From the IMG/VR virus record IMGVR_UViG_3300017917_002108, positions 64,001-128,000 of that record: a stretch of 64,000 bases of DNA; one strand, 5' to 3'. This document shows, in pieces, positions 25,184 through 34,138 of the stretch (positions within the stretch are counted from its first letter, which is position 1; every line of letters starts with the position of its first letter). The notes below the pieces were generated by a model. The model ran no database searches. It was not told the origin of the DNA and worked only from the letters and a program-made list of their open reading frames with translations. This DNA comes from a virus. A program made the position numbers and the translations under genes.

Positions 25184-25383
25184 GAAAAGAAATGATCGGT
25201 GTTTTGAAACAACATTTTGAAGCACATATTTTAAAACACAAAATGAATGTAGATATTATGCTAGGCAACCCTAGAGCTATTCCAGAACATACAGATCTTA
25301 TGGATGCTATAGAAAAAGAAGTTGCACAGATTGCCGAGTACATGGATAAACTAGAAGTAATGGAAAAGTACTTTAAGGATTAA
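25180..25383 (+). CDS. hypothetical protein
   Basis: Coupled 67-aa helical ORF. Confidence 0.65.
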   Translation: MRKEMIGVLKQHFEAHILKHKMNVDIMLGNPRAIPEHTDLMDAIEKEVAQIAEYMDKLEVMEKYFKD

Positions 25384-25385
25384 TC

Positions 25386-25604
25386 ATGGCCACTGCAAAA
25401 GACCTAATGGATAATCTTATATATAGAGCTAAAAACATTCAAGAATTTATTGTAGAACGAGAGTGGGAGTTGATTCCCAGCGGAGTGGTAAGATATAATA
25501 TTCAACATACCCAAGGCGAACTAGCTAGAATTTTCGTTCATGCAATGACACAAGATGAAGCAGAAAGATTAGTCGATGATTGGTTCGAAGAGGCAGAAGA
25601 ATAA
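25386..25604 (+). CDS. hypothetical protein
   Basis: SD AAGGA; 72 aa. Confidence 0.65.
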   Translation: MATAKDLMDNLIYRAKNIQEFIVEREWELIPSGVVRYNIQHTQGELARIFVHAMTQDEAERLVDDWFEEAEE

Positions 25605-26029
25605 TGCGATTCTTTTCTCCTCTACGCGATGACCTTATGGTCCAACAACAAGTAGATGATGCATGGCAACATTTTGTAGGTGTCATTATGCTCAATCAAA
25701 CAGGAAGGAAGGCAGTAAAGACTACACTTCCAGAATTCCTATATTGGTTTCCTACTCCTCATTCTTTATTACAGGCCAACGAAGAATTCGTAAAAAGCAT
25801 AATCGCTCCATTAGGTATGGTCAATATAAGATATAAGAGATTAAGAGGCATGTCCGAAGATTATCTATTATGGAATGGTGATAACGCTACCAAATTATAC
25901 GGTATCGGAAAATATGGCAGTGACAGCTATGAAATATTTTTCAAAGAAAATTACAGCGTAGAGCCAACAGATAAAGAACTTAAGCGATATCTTAACGAGG
26001 AGATCTTCAATGTTGTTAAAGTTACTTGA
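25604..26029 (+). CDS. HhH-GPD DNA glycosylase, MBD4-like
   Basis: IMLNQT, PLGM...R, LYGIGKYGSDSYEIF, and DKELKRY with the catalytic Asp position. Confidence 0.8.
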   Translation: MRFFSPLRDDLMVQQQVDDAWQHFVGVIMLNQTGRKAVKTTLPEFLYWFPTPHSLLQANEEFVKSIIAPLGMVNIRYKRLRGMSEDYLLWNGDNATKLYGIGKYGSDSYEIFFKENYSVEPTDKELKRYLNEEIFNVVKVT

Positions 26030-26480
26030 AAGATTAGGTCGAAAACGAATCATATTTGATCGTGTGCATAACGAACCGTATCTAGAAAGATATTATCTCT
26101 TTTTAAAAGAGCGTGAACGTTTTCCCTTTAATGTATTCTTGCATAAGTTCTTAAAGGGAGATCCAGACGATGTCCATGATCATCCATGGCCATACGCAAC
26201 ATTGATATTGAAAGGTGGGTATTATGAATGGGTTCCACAGTTTGATGATCAAGGCCTTAAATCTTGTGAGGTGCGAAAGTGGCGCGGTCCTGGTCATTTT
26301 CGTATATGTAGTCCTAACTCGTATCACCGCATTGAGCTTAAACCTGGCGTAACTGCATGGACATTGTTTATGCCTGGTCCTCACAAACGTGATTGGGGAT
26401 TTCTTGTAAACAACAAATGGATACAACACGAACAGTATCTAAAGGAGAGATATGAACAAGCTCGTAATCGACCAGCGTGA
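26010..26480 (+). CDS. cupin-fold protein
   Basis: HDHPW...GGYYE...HRIEL metal-binding pattern. Confidence 0.65.
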   Translation: MLLKLLERLGRKRIIFDRVHNEPYLERYYLFLKERERFPFNVFLHKFLKGDPDDVHDHPWPYATLILKGGYYEWVPQFDDQGLKSCEVRKWRGPGHFRICSPNSYHRIELKPGVTAWTLFMPGPHKRDWGFLVNNKWIQHEQYLKERYEQARNRPA

Positions 26481-27036
26481 ACTTCAAGGACTGGTTGCAA
26501 AAATATGTAGAGACATAACACAAAGTAATTGGAAACCAGATTATATCGTAGGAATCACTCGTGGTGGGCTGATTCCTGCTGTCATGATCAGTCAATATTT
26601 GAATATTCCAATGTGGACTCTTAATGTCAGTCTCAGAGACAACAACGAAGGCGAAAGTAACCTATGGATGGCCGAAGATGCTCTCGGACCTAATAGTAGA
26701 GATAGATTCATAGACGATCCAGACGATGTTGCAGGTGTCTTGAAGGCTGCAAGCGAGTTATTAGAAGCTGGCACATTCAAAGAAATATTATTAGTAGACG
26801 ATATCAACGACACAGGCTCCACATTTAATTGGATTATAAACGATTGGAAATCTAGTTGCTTTCCCGAAGATCCAGCTTGGGATGAAGTTTGGAATCAAAA
26901 TGTTAGATTCGCTGTTTTAATAGATAATCTTTCCAGTGACTGTGAATACAGTATGGATTATGTGGGTAAAGAAATTAATAAATCGGAAAACAATGTGTGG
27001 GTAGATTTTCCATGGGAAGAATGGTGGACAAAATGA
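26452..27036 (+). CDS. type I phosphoribosyltransferase (xanthine-guanine PRTase-like)
   Basis: VGITRGGLIPA, PRPP loop LLVDDINDTGST, C-terminal WVDFPWE. Confidence 0.88.
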   Translation: MNKLVIDQRELQGLVAKICRDITQSNWKPDYIVGITRGGLIPAVMISQYLNIPMWTLNVSLRDNNEGESNLWMAEDALGPNSRDRFIDDPDDVAGVLKAASELLEAGTFKEILLVDDINDTGSTFNWIINDWKSSCFPEDPAWDEVWNQNVRFAVLIDNLSSDCEYSMDYVGKEINKSENNVWVDFPWEEWWTK

Positions 27037-27416
27037 TTAAAGTAGTACAAGAACAACCAAATGATATCGATGAATCTAAGGCCCCTTGGACTGAACTTGT
27101 TGAAGAAGATTATCATGTGAAAGTATTTCAAGACAAATATCCAGTCACTGAAGGTCATCTATTATTTGTGCCTAAATATAACACAGTACATGTTCTAATG
27201 GATGCTATGGAAGATGCTGTAAGATATGGATTACAAAAAGTAGAAACCAAAGAGTGGGATGGGTTTAATCTAGGTATCAACATAGGACAAGCAGCAGGTC
27301 AAACTGTTGGTTGGCCGCATGTTCATCTAATTCCAAGACGCCAAGGCGATATGGAAGATCCCACAGGTGGTGTCAGACATGTAATACCAGAAAGAGGTAA
27401 TTATAGAAAGTGGTAA
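27033..27416 (+). CDS. HIT-family nucleotide hydrolase
   Basis: DKYPVTEGHLLFVP and AAGQTVGWPHVHLIPR (first His of the triad replaced by Trp). Confidence 0.85.
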   Translation: MIKVVQEQPNDIDESKAPWTELVEEDYHVKVFQDKYPVTEGHLLFVPKYNTVHVLMDAMEDAVRYGLQKVETKEWDGFNLGINIGQAAGQTVGWPHVHLIPRRQGDMEDPTGGVRHVIPERGNYRKW

Positions 27417-28249
27417 TGAACAAAAGAACTTTATTCATCGGTGATAGTCATACTATGGGGTATAAATCTGTTCCGGATAAAAATGGGCTGGGCAGTTTTA
27501 CTCAATGGAATGATAATAACTATGCAGAAATTTATTCAGAATACAATAAAAAACCTGTAGTCATCTATGCTTTATCGGGAGCAACAAATAGATTGTATAC
27601 CGATTGGCTAAAGTCTATGTTTGAAAAGTACGATGACATTGACGATGTGTTTATATGCCTTTCATCGTTTAATAGATTTATCATTGCCATTGATGATTTA
27701 ACTAACGAAGAAACTCTGCCCATTGATTGGTTTCAATACAAACTTGATAATTCAACAGATACTGTACATAGGTATATGGATGGCATAGTAAGAGACAAAA
27801 CTATGCAACTGTTGAATAAATCAACTTTTGCAGATTATGATAATTTTCCAGGAATAGAATTCAGTGGAGAAGATGGATTAATCACCCCCGATATAAGAAA
27901 ACATACCTATATGCAGGTTAAATTGTTTTTTGAACTAAACACATATCTCGAAAAGAGAGAATTTTTGAATAGTGTCTATACCTGGGATAATATTTGCAAA
28001 GATCACGGTGCTCAGCTCCATTTGTTCAATTTTACTAATAGATTAAAATTTCCCAGCGATTTAAGCTATTACGGGAAACTCAAAAATACTAAAGTAGCTA
28101 CTAAGACTGTAGAAACCTTTTTATCAGGCCTAGGAATAAATCATAAAGATTATTTAATAGAAGATAAAGAACATTACAATACCGAATATCATGAGTTAGT
28201 GGCAAAAAATTATATACCATGGTTAAAAACATTAAAAAATTACTCATAA
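27416..28249 (+). CDS. SGNH/GDSL-like protein
   Basis: FIGDSHT near the N-terminus, C-terminal DKEH (DxxH). Confidence 0.6.
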   Translation: MNKRTLFIGDSHTMGYKSVPDKNGLGSFTQWNDNNYAEIYSEYNKKPVVIYALSGATNRLYTDWLKSMFEKYDDIDDVFICLSSFNRFIIAIDDLTNEETLPIDWFQYKLDNSTDTVHRYMDGIVRDKTMQLLNKSTFADYDNFPGIEFSGEDGLITPDIRKHTYMQVKLFFELNTYLEKREFLNSVYTWDNICKDHGAQLHLFNFTNRLKFPSDLSYYGKLKNTKVATKTVETFLSGLGINHKDYLIEDKEHYNTEYHELVAKNYIPWLKTLKNYS

Positions 28250-28812
28250 CTGGAGATAGTTTTGCTGCTGTTTGGCCGGATTCAACTAATGGTTGGGTTA
28301 ATCTATTGGCGAGAGAATATGAAGTTTGCAATCTGGCTAAAGCAGGAGTTGGCGAATATAAGATCCTAAAACAAATAGAAAATATCAACATAAACAATTT
28401 CGATTGTGTGATCGTAAGTCATACCAGCCCTAGTAGAATTCATACTAAAAATCATCCTTTGCATACCACAGGTTTTCATAACGAATGTGATCTAATAGTC
28501 ACAGATTTAATGGCACATTGGAATCCCTTGAATAAAAATTTATCAGGGGCCAAATCATTCTTCAAATACCACTATGACGAACAATATCAGTTAGATATCT
28601 ATAAATTGTTGAGGACCAAAATAAATGATCTAATAAACATACCCTATATTAGTGTCTCCCATGTAGAAATAGCTAATCAATTACGAATTGAATCTCGGCA
28701 TATTGATTTCAGTGACCTCTGGAAAACAGAAAGAGGTAATGTGAATCACTACACTGACGCAGGGAATAAAATTGTTTACAATCAAATTAAAAATATAATA
28801 GAAACCATATGA
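28219..28812 (+). CDS. SGNH/GDSL-like protein
   Basis: ITGDSFA, NLAKAG, C-terminal NHY...GN. Confidence 0.62.
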   Translation: MVKNIKKLLITGDSFAAVWPDSTNGWVNLLAREYEVCNLAKAGVGEYKILKQIENININNFDCVIVSHTSPSRIHTKNHPLHTTGFHNECDLIVTDLMAHWNPLNKNLSGAKSFFKYHYDEQYQLDIYKLLRTKINDLINIPYISVSHVEIANQLRIESRHIDFSDLWKTERGNVNHYTDAGNKIVYNQIKNIIETI

Positions 28813-29009
28813 ACGATATACATGTAAATTGGAATCCTAAAAAAATCGATCATCTAGGATGGAACGAAATATGTTGCAGAATAACAGAACAATTTGGTCT
28901 CCCCGGAGATCGGTATGTGACTGAGGTCAGCGAAAATTATATGAAATTTAAATTTAGAGATGACCAAGATAGTCTGATGTGTAGGATGCTGTTAAGCGAA
29001 TACCTATGA
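28809..29009 (+). CDS. hypothetical protein
   Basis: Coupled ORF; FGLPGDRY motif. Confidence 0.65.
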   Translation: MNDIHVNWNPKKIDHLGWNEICCRITEQFGLPGDRYVTEVSENYMKFKFRDDQDSLMCRMLLSEYL

Positions 29010-29245
29010 TAAAATTTATTTTAGGATTCTTAGCTGCATGTTTGATTTGGGTTTGGGTATTGTCTAATGTTGATATACCCACATATAAAATCTATGACTG
29101 TGGTATGGCAGAATGGCATCCTGATACACCTCCCGAAGTGAAAGAAGAGTGTAGGAAAAGACGTTATCAAGAATGGATCAATCGACATGAAAGACAAATT
29201 AAAACACGCATACATGCAGACAGCATTTATTTTTTCAAGACTTAG
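29006..29245 (+). CDS. small membrane-anchored protein
   Basis: N-terminal TM, YDC..AEWHPD.P..VKEECR. Confidence 0.6.
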   Translation: MIKFILGFLAACLIWVWVLSNVDIPTYKIYDCGMAEWHPDTPPEVKEECRKRRYQEWINRHERQIKTRIHADSIYFFKT

Positions 29246-29714
29246 TCATGCTCGTAGATTACACGTTGGCGCTATCATTGTAAAGGATGATAGGATTATT
29301 TCTATTGGGTATAACGGCATGCCAGCAGGATGGGACAACGATTGTGAAAATAAAGATTATATGTCTAGTGATGCTGGTGGTTGGCTTGATCCTGATGAGA
29401 TAGAAGAACGCTGGCCTTATCAAGAACAGCAACTTCCAAAAGATTCTAATATATGGAGACGATATGCTCTCAAAACTAAACCGGAGGTATTACATGCTGA
29501 AACGAATGCGATCGCTAAACTTGCTAGAAGCACTGAGTCTGGGCTCAATGCTACTATGTTTATTACTCATAGTCCTTGCCTTGATTGTGCAAAGCTCATT
29601 TATCAAAGTGGCATTAATGCTGTCTATTATGCTCATGCTTATCGTAACGAAGATGGAATATCGTTCCTCAAAGCATCGGGAGTAGATGTTGAAAAATTGG
29701 ACGTTAACAGTTAA
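29187..29714 (+). CDS. dCMP deaminase
   Basis: VGAIIV, GYNG, HAETNAI and SPCLDC zinc motifs. Confidence 0.92.
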   Translation: MKDKLKHAYMQTAFIFSRLSHARRLHVGAIIVKDDRIISIGYNGMPAGWDNDCENKDYMSSDAGGWLDPDEIEERWPYQEQQLPKDSNIWRRYALKTKPEVLHAETNAIAKLARSTESGLNATMFITHSPCLDCAKLIYQSGINAVYYAHAYRNEDGISFLKASGVDVEKLDVNS

Positions 29715-29877
29715 CGACGACGGAGTAATTGTTCTTCCAGATGATCTGTTAACAGACCTAGGATGGACAGAAGGGGATACTCTTAAATGGATTGACAATC
29801 ATAATGGTTCGTGGAGTATTGTCAAGGAAGAAGACTTGACAAACTTTATTAAAAAAGGTATAATAAGTAATGAGTAA
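29686..29877 (+). CDS. AbrB/MazE/SpoVT-like DNA-binding protein
   Basis: IVLPDDLLTDLGWTEGDTLKW pattern. Confidence 0.7.
   Translation: MLKNWTLTVNDDGVIVLPDDLLTDLGWTEGDTLKWIDNHNGSWSIVKEEDLTNFIKKGIISNE
29836..29864 (+). promoter_or_regulatory. consensus sigma70 promoter for queE
   Basis: Perfect TTGACA-17 nt-TATAAT inside the upstream ORF; ATG 5 nt downstream. Confidence 0.85.
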
Positions 29878-30724
29878 AATAAAAATCGCAGAGCTGTTTT
29901 ACAGCATCCAAGGTGAAGGACGCTATATGGGGGTGCCCAGTGTGTTCCTTAGAACCTTTGGCTGTAACTTTAAATGTGCTGGGTTTGGAATGCCTAGGGG
30001 TGAACTAAGCTCAGAAGTAGAAGCCATTGCTGCTAGAGTATCGGAGTTTAAGAAGTATGAAGAACTTCCATTGGTTTCTACTGGTTGTGATAGCTATGCT
30101 AGCTGGGATCCTCGCTTTAAGGATCTTAGTCCAATGCTTACTATTGACGCCATCGCAGAAAGAATCTGCGAAATTTTACCATTCAACGGATGGCGAGAAG
30201 AGCACTTGGTTATTACAGGAGGAGAACCGTTGCTTGGGTGGCAACGTGCTTACCCAGAATTGCTGAGACATCCTAAGATGCAAGGCCTTAAAGAAATCAC
30301 ATTTGAAACAAATGGTACTCAACCTCTAACAGAAGAATTTAAAGATTACTTATTGGAATGGTTGATGCCTCATCCAGAATATCAAAAAGAAATCACATTC
30401 AGCGTCAGTGCCAAACTAAGTTGTAGTGGCGAGGAAAGGCATGAAGCCATACGTCCAGAAGTAGTATGCGGATATCAAGACTGGGGACATACTTATCTTA
30501 AATTTGTTGTAGCCACAGAAGAAGACGTAGAAGAAGCTATTGAAACAGCAGATATCTATCGTGCAGAAGGATTTACTGGTTCAATTTACTTGATGCCTGT
30601 GGGCGGTGTTGAAAGTGTGTACACACTAAATAATCGTCGCGTAGCAGAACTAGCGATGAAGAACGGACTAAGATATAGCGACAGATTGCAGGTGCCGCTG
30701 TTTAAAAATGAATGGGGAACTTGA
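29870..30724 (+). CDS. queE: 7-carboxy-7-deazaguanine synthase (radical SAM)
   Basis: ELFYSIQGEG, VFLRTFGCN, GCDS, ITGGEP, ETNGT, SAK, KFVV, RLQ motifs. Confidence 0.92.
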   Translation: MSKIKIAELFYSIQGEGRYMGVPSVFLRTFGCNFKCAGFGMPRGELSSEVEAIAARVSEFKKYEELPLVSTGCDSYASWDPRFKDLSPMLTIDAIAERICEILPFNGWREEHLVITGGEPLLGWQRAYPELLRHPKMQGLKEITFETNGTQPLTEEFKDYLLEWLMPHPEYQKEITFSVSAKLSCSGEERHEAIRPEVVCGYQDWGHTYLKFVVATEEDVEEAIETADIYRAEGFTGSIYLMPVGGVESVYTLNNRRVAELAMKNGLRYSDRLQVPLFKNEWGT

Positions 30725-31188
30725 TGTTTACAAAAATAATTAAAAAAATTACAGGTATTGATAAACTTGAAGCCAGTATTGCTGAGATGCAGGCCAAAGA
30801 ACTAGAAGTGGTTGAGAAATTAGCTGCCAATCAACGAGAAGTAGAAAGAGCAAGACAGGCCGTAGAAGCAGCCAAAGAAGAAGAAGAATTAGCCAAACTT
30901 AATCCAAAAGAACGTGCTACCAGAAAAAAAGAACCGTGGGTAGCTGTGCTTAACACACATGTTAATAAAGACAATATCAGGAATGGATTCTTTGAGCTTG
31001 ACTGGAATGAGTATTTCGTGCTAAAATTAAAGCAAGAAGGATACGGTTTTGACGGGGACAAAGACGAAGAAATCGTAGATCGGTGGTTCAGAGAGCTCTG
31101 TGCTAATGTGGTAGTTGACGAAGGTGGCAACTTACCTGTTAATACAGGGGTTATTGATATTCAAAGTGTGAAAAAGAATAACCTATGA
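30724..31188 (+). CDS. hypothetical coiled-coil protein
   Basis: ATG 30724 coupled to the queE stop; GFFELDWN motif. Confidence 0.7.
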   Translation: MFTKIIKKITGIDKLEASIAEMQAKELEVVEKLAANQREVERARQAVEAAKEEEELAKLNPKERATRKKEPWVAVLNTHVNKDNIRNGFFELDWNEYFVLKLKQEGYGFDGDKDEEIVDRWFRELCANVVVDEGGNLPVNTGVIDIQSVKKNNL

Positions 31189-32171
31189 CATATATTTTAG
31201 TTGATACTGCTAACACATTCTTTCGTGCTAGGCATGTTATTAACGGCGATGCCGATATCAAGCTGGGTATGGCATTTCATATTACTCTAAACTCTATTCG
31301 TAAAGCATGGCAGCAATTCCATGGCAGTCATGTTATTTTCTGTTTAGAGGGAAGATCTTGGCGCAAGGACTACTACGAACCATATAAACGCAATCGTGCA
31401 GAAGCCCGTGCTGCACATACAGAAAAAGAACAAGAAGAAGATCGTGTATTCTGGGAAGCTTTTGATACATTCAAAGAGTTTATCACAGACAAGACTAATT
31501 GTACAGTTCTACGAAATGATCAGCTAGAAGCAGATGATCTCATAGCAGGTTGGATACAAAGTCATCCGGACGATAATCACGTTATCATTTCGACAGACAC
31601 AGATTTCGTGCAACTTATCGCACCTAATGTAAAACAGTATAACGGTGTAATGGAATATACAATTACACACGAAGGAATCTTTGATGACAAAGGTAAACCG
31701 GTCATTGACAAAAAAACCAAAGAACCAAAAGCAGCCCCAAACCCGGAATGGCTCTTATTCGAAAAGTGTATGCGTGGTGATACCAGTGATAATGTCTTCT
31801 CAGCGTATCCGGGTGTGCGTACTAAAGGCACAAGCAAAAAAGTGGGTCTTGCTGAAGCGTTCGAAGATCGTGGCACCAAAGGATTTGCGTGGAACAATCT
31901 CATGCTTCAGAGATGGACTGACCACGAAGGCAAAGAACATAGGGTCCTAGAAGATTATGAACGCAATCGTCGACTAATCGATCTTAGCTATCAGCCAGAC
32001 CACATAAGAGAAATAATCTCTTCAACTATTTCTACAGCAATTACATCAAACAAAAATATCAGCCAAGTGGGAATCAGATTAATTAAATTCTGTAATCTCT
32101 ATGATTTGAAAAAGATTTCAGAACAGGCACAATCATATGCCGAACCATTAAATGCGAGGTATACAATATGA
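31185..32171 (+). CDS. rnh: T4-type RNase H / 5'-3' exonuclease (FEN family)
   Basis: ILVD, SWRK.YY.PYKRNR, EADD, STDTDF.QL, GDTSDN motifs. Confidence 0.9.
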   Translation: MTYILVDTANTFFRARHVINGDADIKLGMAFHITLNSIRKAWQQFHGSHVIFCLEGRSWRKDYYEPYKRNRAEARAAHTEKEQEEDRVFWEAFDTFKEFITDKTNCTVLRNDQLEADDLIAGWIQSHPDDNHVIISTDTDFVQLIAPNVKQYNGVMEYTITHEGIFDDKGKPVIDKKTKEPKAAPNPEWLLFEKCMRGDTSDNVFSAYPGVRTKGTSKKVGLAEAFEDRGTKGFAWNNLMLQRWTDHEGKEHRVLEDYERNRRLIDLSYQPDHIREIISSTISTAITSNKNISQVGIRLIKFCNLYDLKKISEQAQSYAEPLNARYTI

Positions 32172-32644
32172 CAGAGTTACATGCAAAACCAATCATTAAA
32201 GATAAATTTTGGATAGTAGAAAAAGACGGAGAAAAATTTGCTACGTTGCGTAAAAACGAAGATGACAGATTTATCATGAGTAATGAATTAGGTATTAAAA
32301 TATATGATAATCAAGAAAGTCTAACTCGTCAGTTTGGTAAAGATTTTTTTATTGCTAAAATTGTTCAAGAATCCGATGACAATCTACCTAACGAAGTTCA
32401 CGGTTATCAGGCCAGTACCACACCGTTCAACTCAATGTTCGATATAAAAAGAAAGCTGCCGTTGTTTACTAAAAGTGATGACAGCAAAAGTTTATATTGT
32501 GCTGGTTACTATGTTATTCGTTTCGATAAAGGTTGGGTAAAAAGTTTTTGTCCCAAACTCATTACTCTACAACGATATGAATATCGAGGTCCGTTTAAAA
32601 CAGAACTTGAAATGAAACAGGTGCTATCTAATGTCTCAAAATAA
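32168..32644 (+). CDS. hypothetical protein
   Basis: Coupled 158-aa ORF. Confidence 0.72.
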   Translation: MTELHAKPIIKDKFWIVEKDGEKFATLRKNEDDRFIMSNELGIKIYDNQESLTRQFGKDFFIAKIVQESDDNLPNEVHGYQASTTPFNSMFDIKRKLPLFTKSDDSKSLYCAGYYVIRFDKGWVKSFCPKLITLQRYEYRGPFKTELEMKQVLSNVSK

Positions 32645-32879
32645 TATTCCTAATAATTTACCCACTGTAGAAAAATTAATTCAGCGAGTTAATATGGCTG
32701 AAAAAAGTCAGCAGAAAGAGATTAGAATCACTGTACAAGAAGCCAGAGATTTAACTAACGAATTAGCTGTTATAACTTCTAAACTAGGTAGAACTATCCA
32801 AGAAATACATCAAACGCTAAATGAGATTAAGCAGTCTACATCTCAAATAGACATTAAATTCGACGGCGGAACATTCTAA
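32631..32879 (+). CDS. hypothetical coiled-coil protein
   Basis: Overlapping 82-aa ORF. Confidence 0.65.
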   Translation: MSQNNIPNNLPTVEKLIQRVNMAEKSQQKEIRITVQEARDLTNELAVITSKLGRTIQEIHQTLNEIKQSTSQIDIKFDGGTF

Positions 32880-32886
32880 AAAGACA

Positions 32887-32922
32887 TAAATATATACGTG
32901 GTTAATTAGGAACACGTATATA
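32887..32922 (+). promoter_or_regulatory. late motif TAAATA overlapping an SD-occluding hairpin
   Basis: TAAATA at 32887-32892; TATATACGTG(G)TT pairs with AACACGTATATA (12 bp, one bulge) around AGGA and ends at ATG 32923. Confidence 0.75.
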
Positions 32923-33207
32923 ATGAGCAGACCAAAACCCAAGGTTATTCTTGAATACGCAAATAAGGAAACTTACAAGGTCGAACAGATACTTGAAAGT
33001 GAGGCCATATGGGCTGTATTCTACAAGGGTCAACCGTTTAATTTGAAAAGCGGTAGTCTCTTGGCATCATACCCTGGTCCAAAATACAAGAAAGTAAGTT
33101 TTAGTAATCCCGGACATGCACACAATCTAGCTAAGAAACTAAACAGATTATTTAAAACCAAAGACTTTTCTGTATATAAACTGAACCAAGGTGAGAGAAT
33201 AGAATAA
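32923..33207 (+). CDS. conserved hypothetical basic protein
   Basis: MSRPKP start, YPGPKYKKVSFSNPGHA motif. Confidence 0.75.
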   Translation: MSRPKPKVILEYANKETYKVEQILESEAIWAVFYKGQPFNLKSGSLLASYPGPKYKKVSFSNPGHAHNLAKKLNRLFKTKDFSVYKLNQGERIE

Positions 33208-33208
33208 T

Positions 33209-33598
33209 ATGAATATCAAGGATACCTATACAACGGTATTCCTAAGAGCGGCAGGACAACCGTTTACAGAGCAAACTGTTAAAAGTCTCAAGGGAAAATG
33301 GTGGTACAGTACCAGAGATAAAGAAGTTGGCGGCCTTCGCATAACTGACGATTGCTTGCAATTTGTCCGTGATAATGCTAAAATAAAAACATATGAAATC
33401 GATCTACCCAAGGATCTTATTCTTGGCCCGCAGGTCTTATTATGGTTGGATCAATTTTTAAATTCACCATTTCATTTAACCAAAAAAAATATCACAGTGT
33501 TGTCAGAAAAAACTGCTTTTGAACTGTATTTGTTTTCAGGTGATGTGAAAAAAATGGGTTCTGCAAAGGCAATGAATAAAAGACTTAATCAAGAATAA
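33209..33598 (+). CDS. hypothetical protein
   Basis: 129-aa ORF in the operon. Confidence 0.7.
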   Translation: MNIKDTYTTVFLRAAGQPFTEQTVKSLKGKWWYSTRDKEVGGLRITDDCLQFVRDNAKIKTYEIDLPKDLILGPQVLLWLDQFLNSPFHLTKKNITVLSEKTAFELYLFSGDVKKMGSAKAMNKRLNQE

Positions 33599-33633
33599 GC
33601 CCTTAAATTTTTCACACAAGTAAATAATTCGCT

Positions 33634-33906
33634 ATGATTGAAATTAATGCCCTAGACGTACTTAATCGTAGAAAAGTTGATTATATTCCTAATCATTTTT
33701 CTAGAATGAAGGTCAACGACAGCGAAGCCAATATTGTCGAAACTGAATTTTGGATTAAGAATAAGCTACGAGGACGATATTTTTTACTTAAAATTCCTGC
33801 TATTTCGCATGATGGAAAATTAAAAAATAATACTGTCGTGGGATTTGAAAATCATAAAGAGCTAACGTATTTTATGTTGGCCTGTCCACATTTAAGGAGA
33901 ACATGA
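33634..33906 (+). CDS. hypothetical protein
   Basis: TAAATA (33621) 7 nt upstream of the ATG. Confidence 0.68.
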   Translation: MIEINALDVLNRRKVDYIPNHFSRMKVNDSEANIVETEFWIKNKLRGRYFLLKIPAISHDGKLKNNTVVGFENHKELTYFMLACPHLRRT

Positions 33907-34136
33907 TGACTGACGAAATTAAACAAGAAACAGCACCAGCACCTGAAACCGCTGCACCGCAAGCTGCCGCACCACAGGGTCCAGATTTAAATCTAAGCGA
34001 TCTATCTGCACTAAGAAGTATCGTAGATGTAGCTAGTCAAAGAGGAGCATTCAAAGCGGGAGAATTAGAATCAGTAGGTAAAGTTTACAATAAACTTTCA
34101 AACTTTCTAGACTCTGTCGCTAAGAAGGAGGCTTAA
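33903..34136 (+). CDS. hypothetical protein
   Basis: SD AAGGAG; RGAFKAGE motif. Confidence 0.72.
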   Translation: MMTDEIKQETAPAPETAAPQAAAPQGPDLNLSDLSALRSIVDVASQRGAFKAGELESVGKVYNKLSNFLDSVAKKEA

Positions 34137-34138
34137 TC

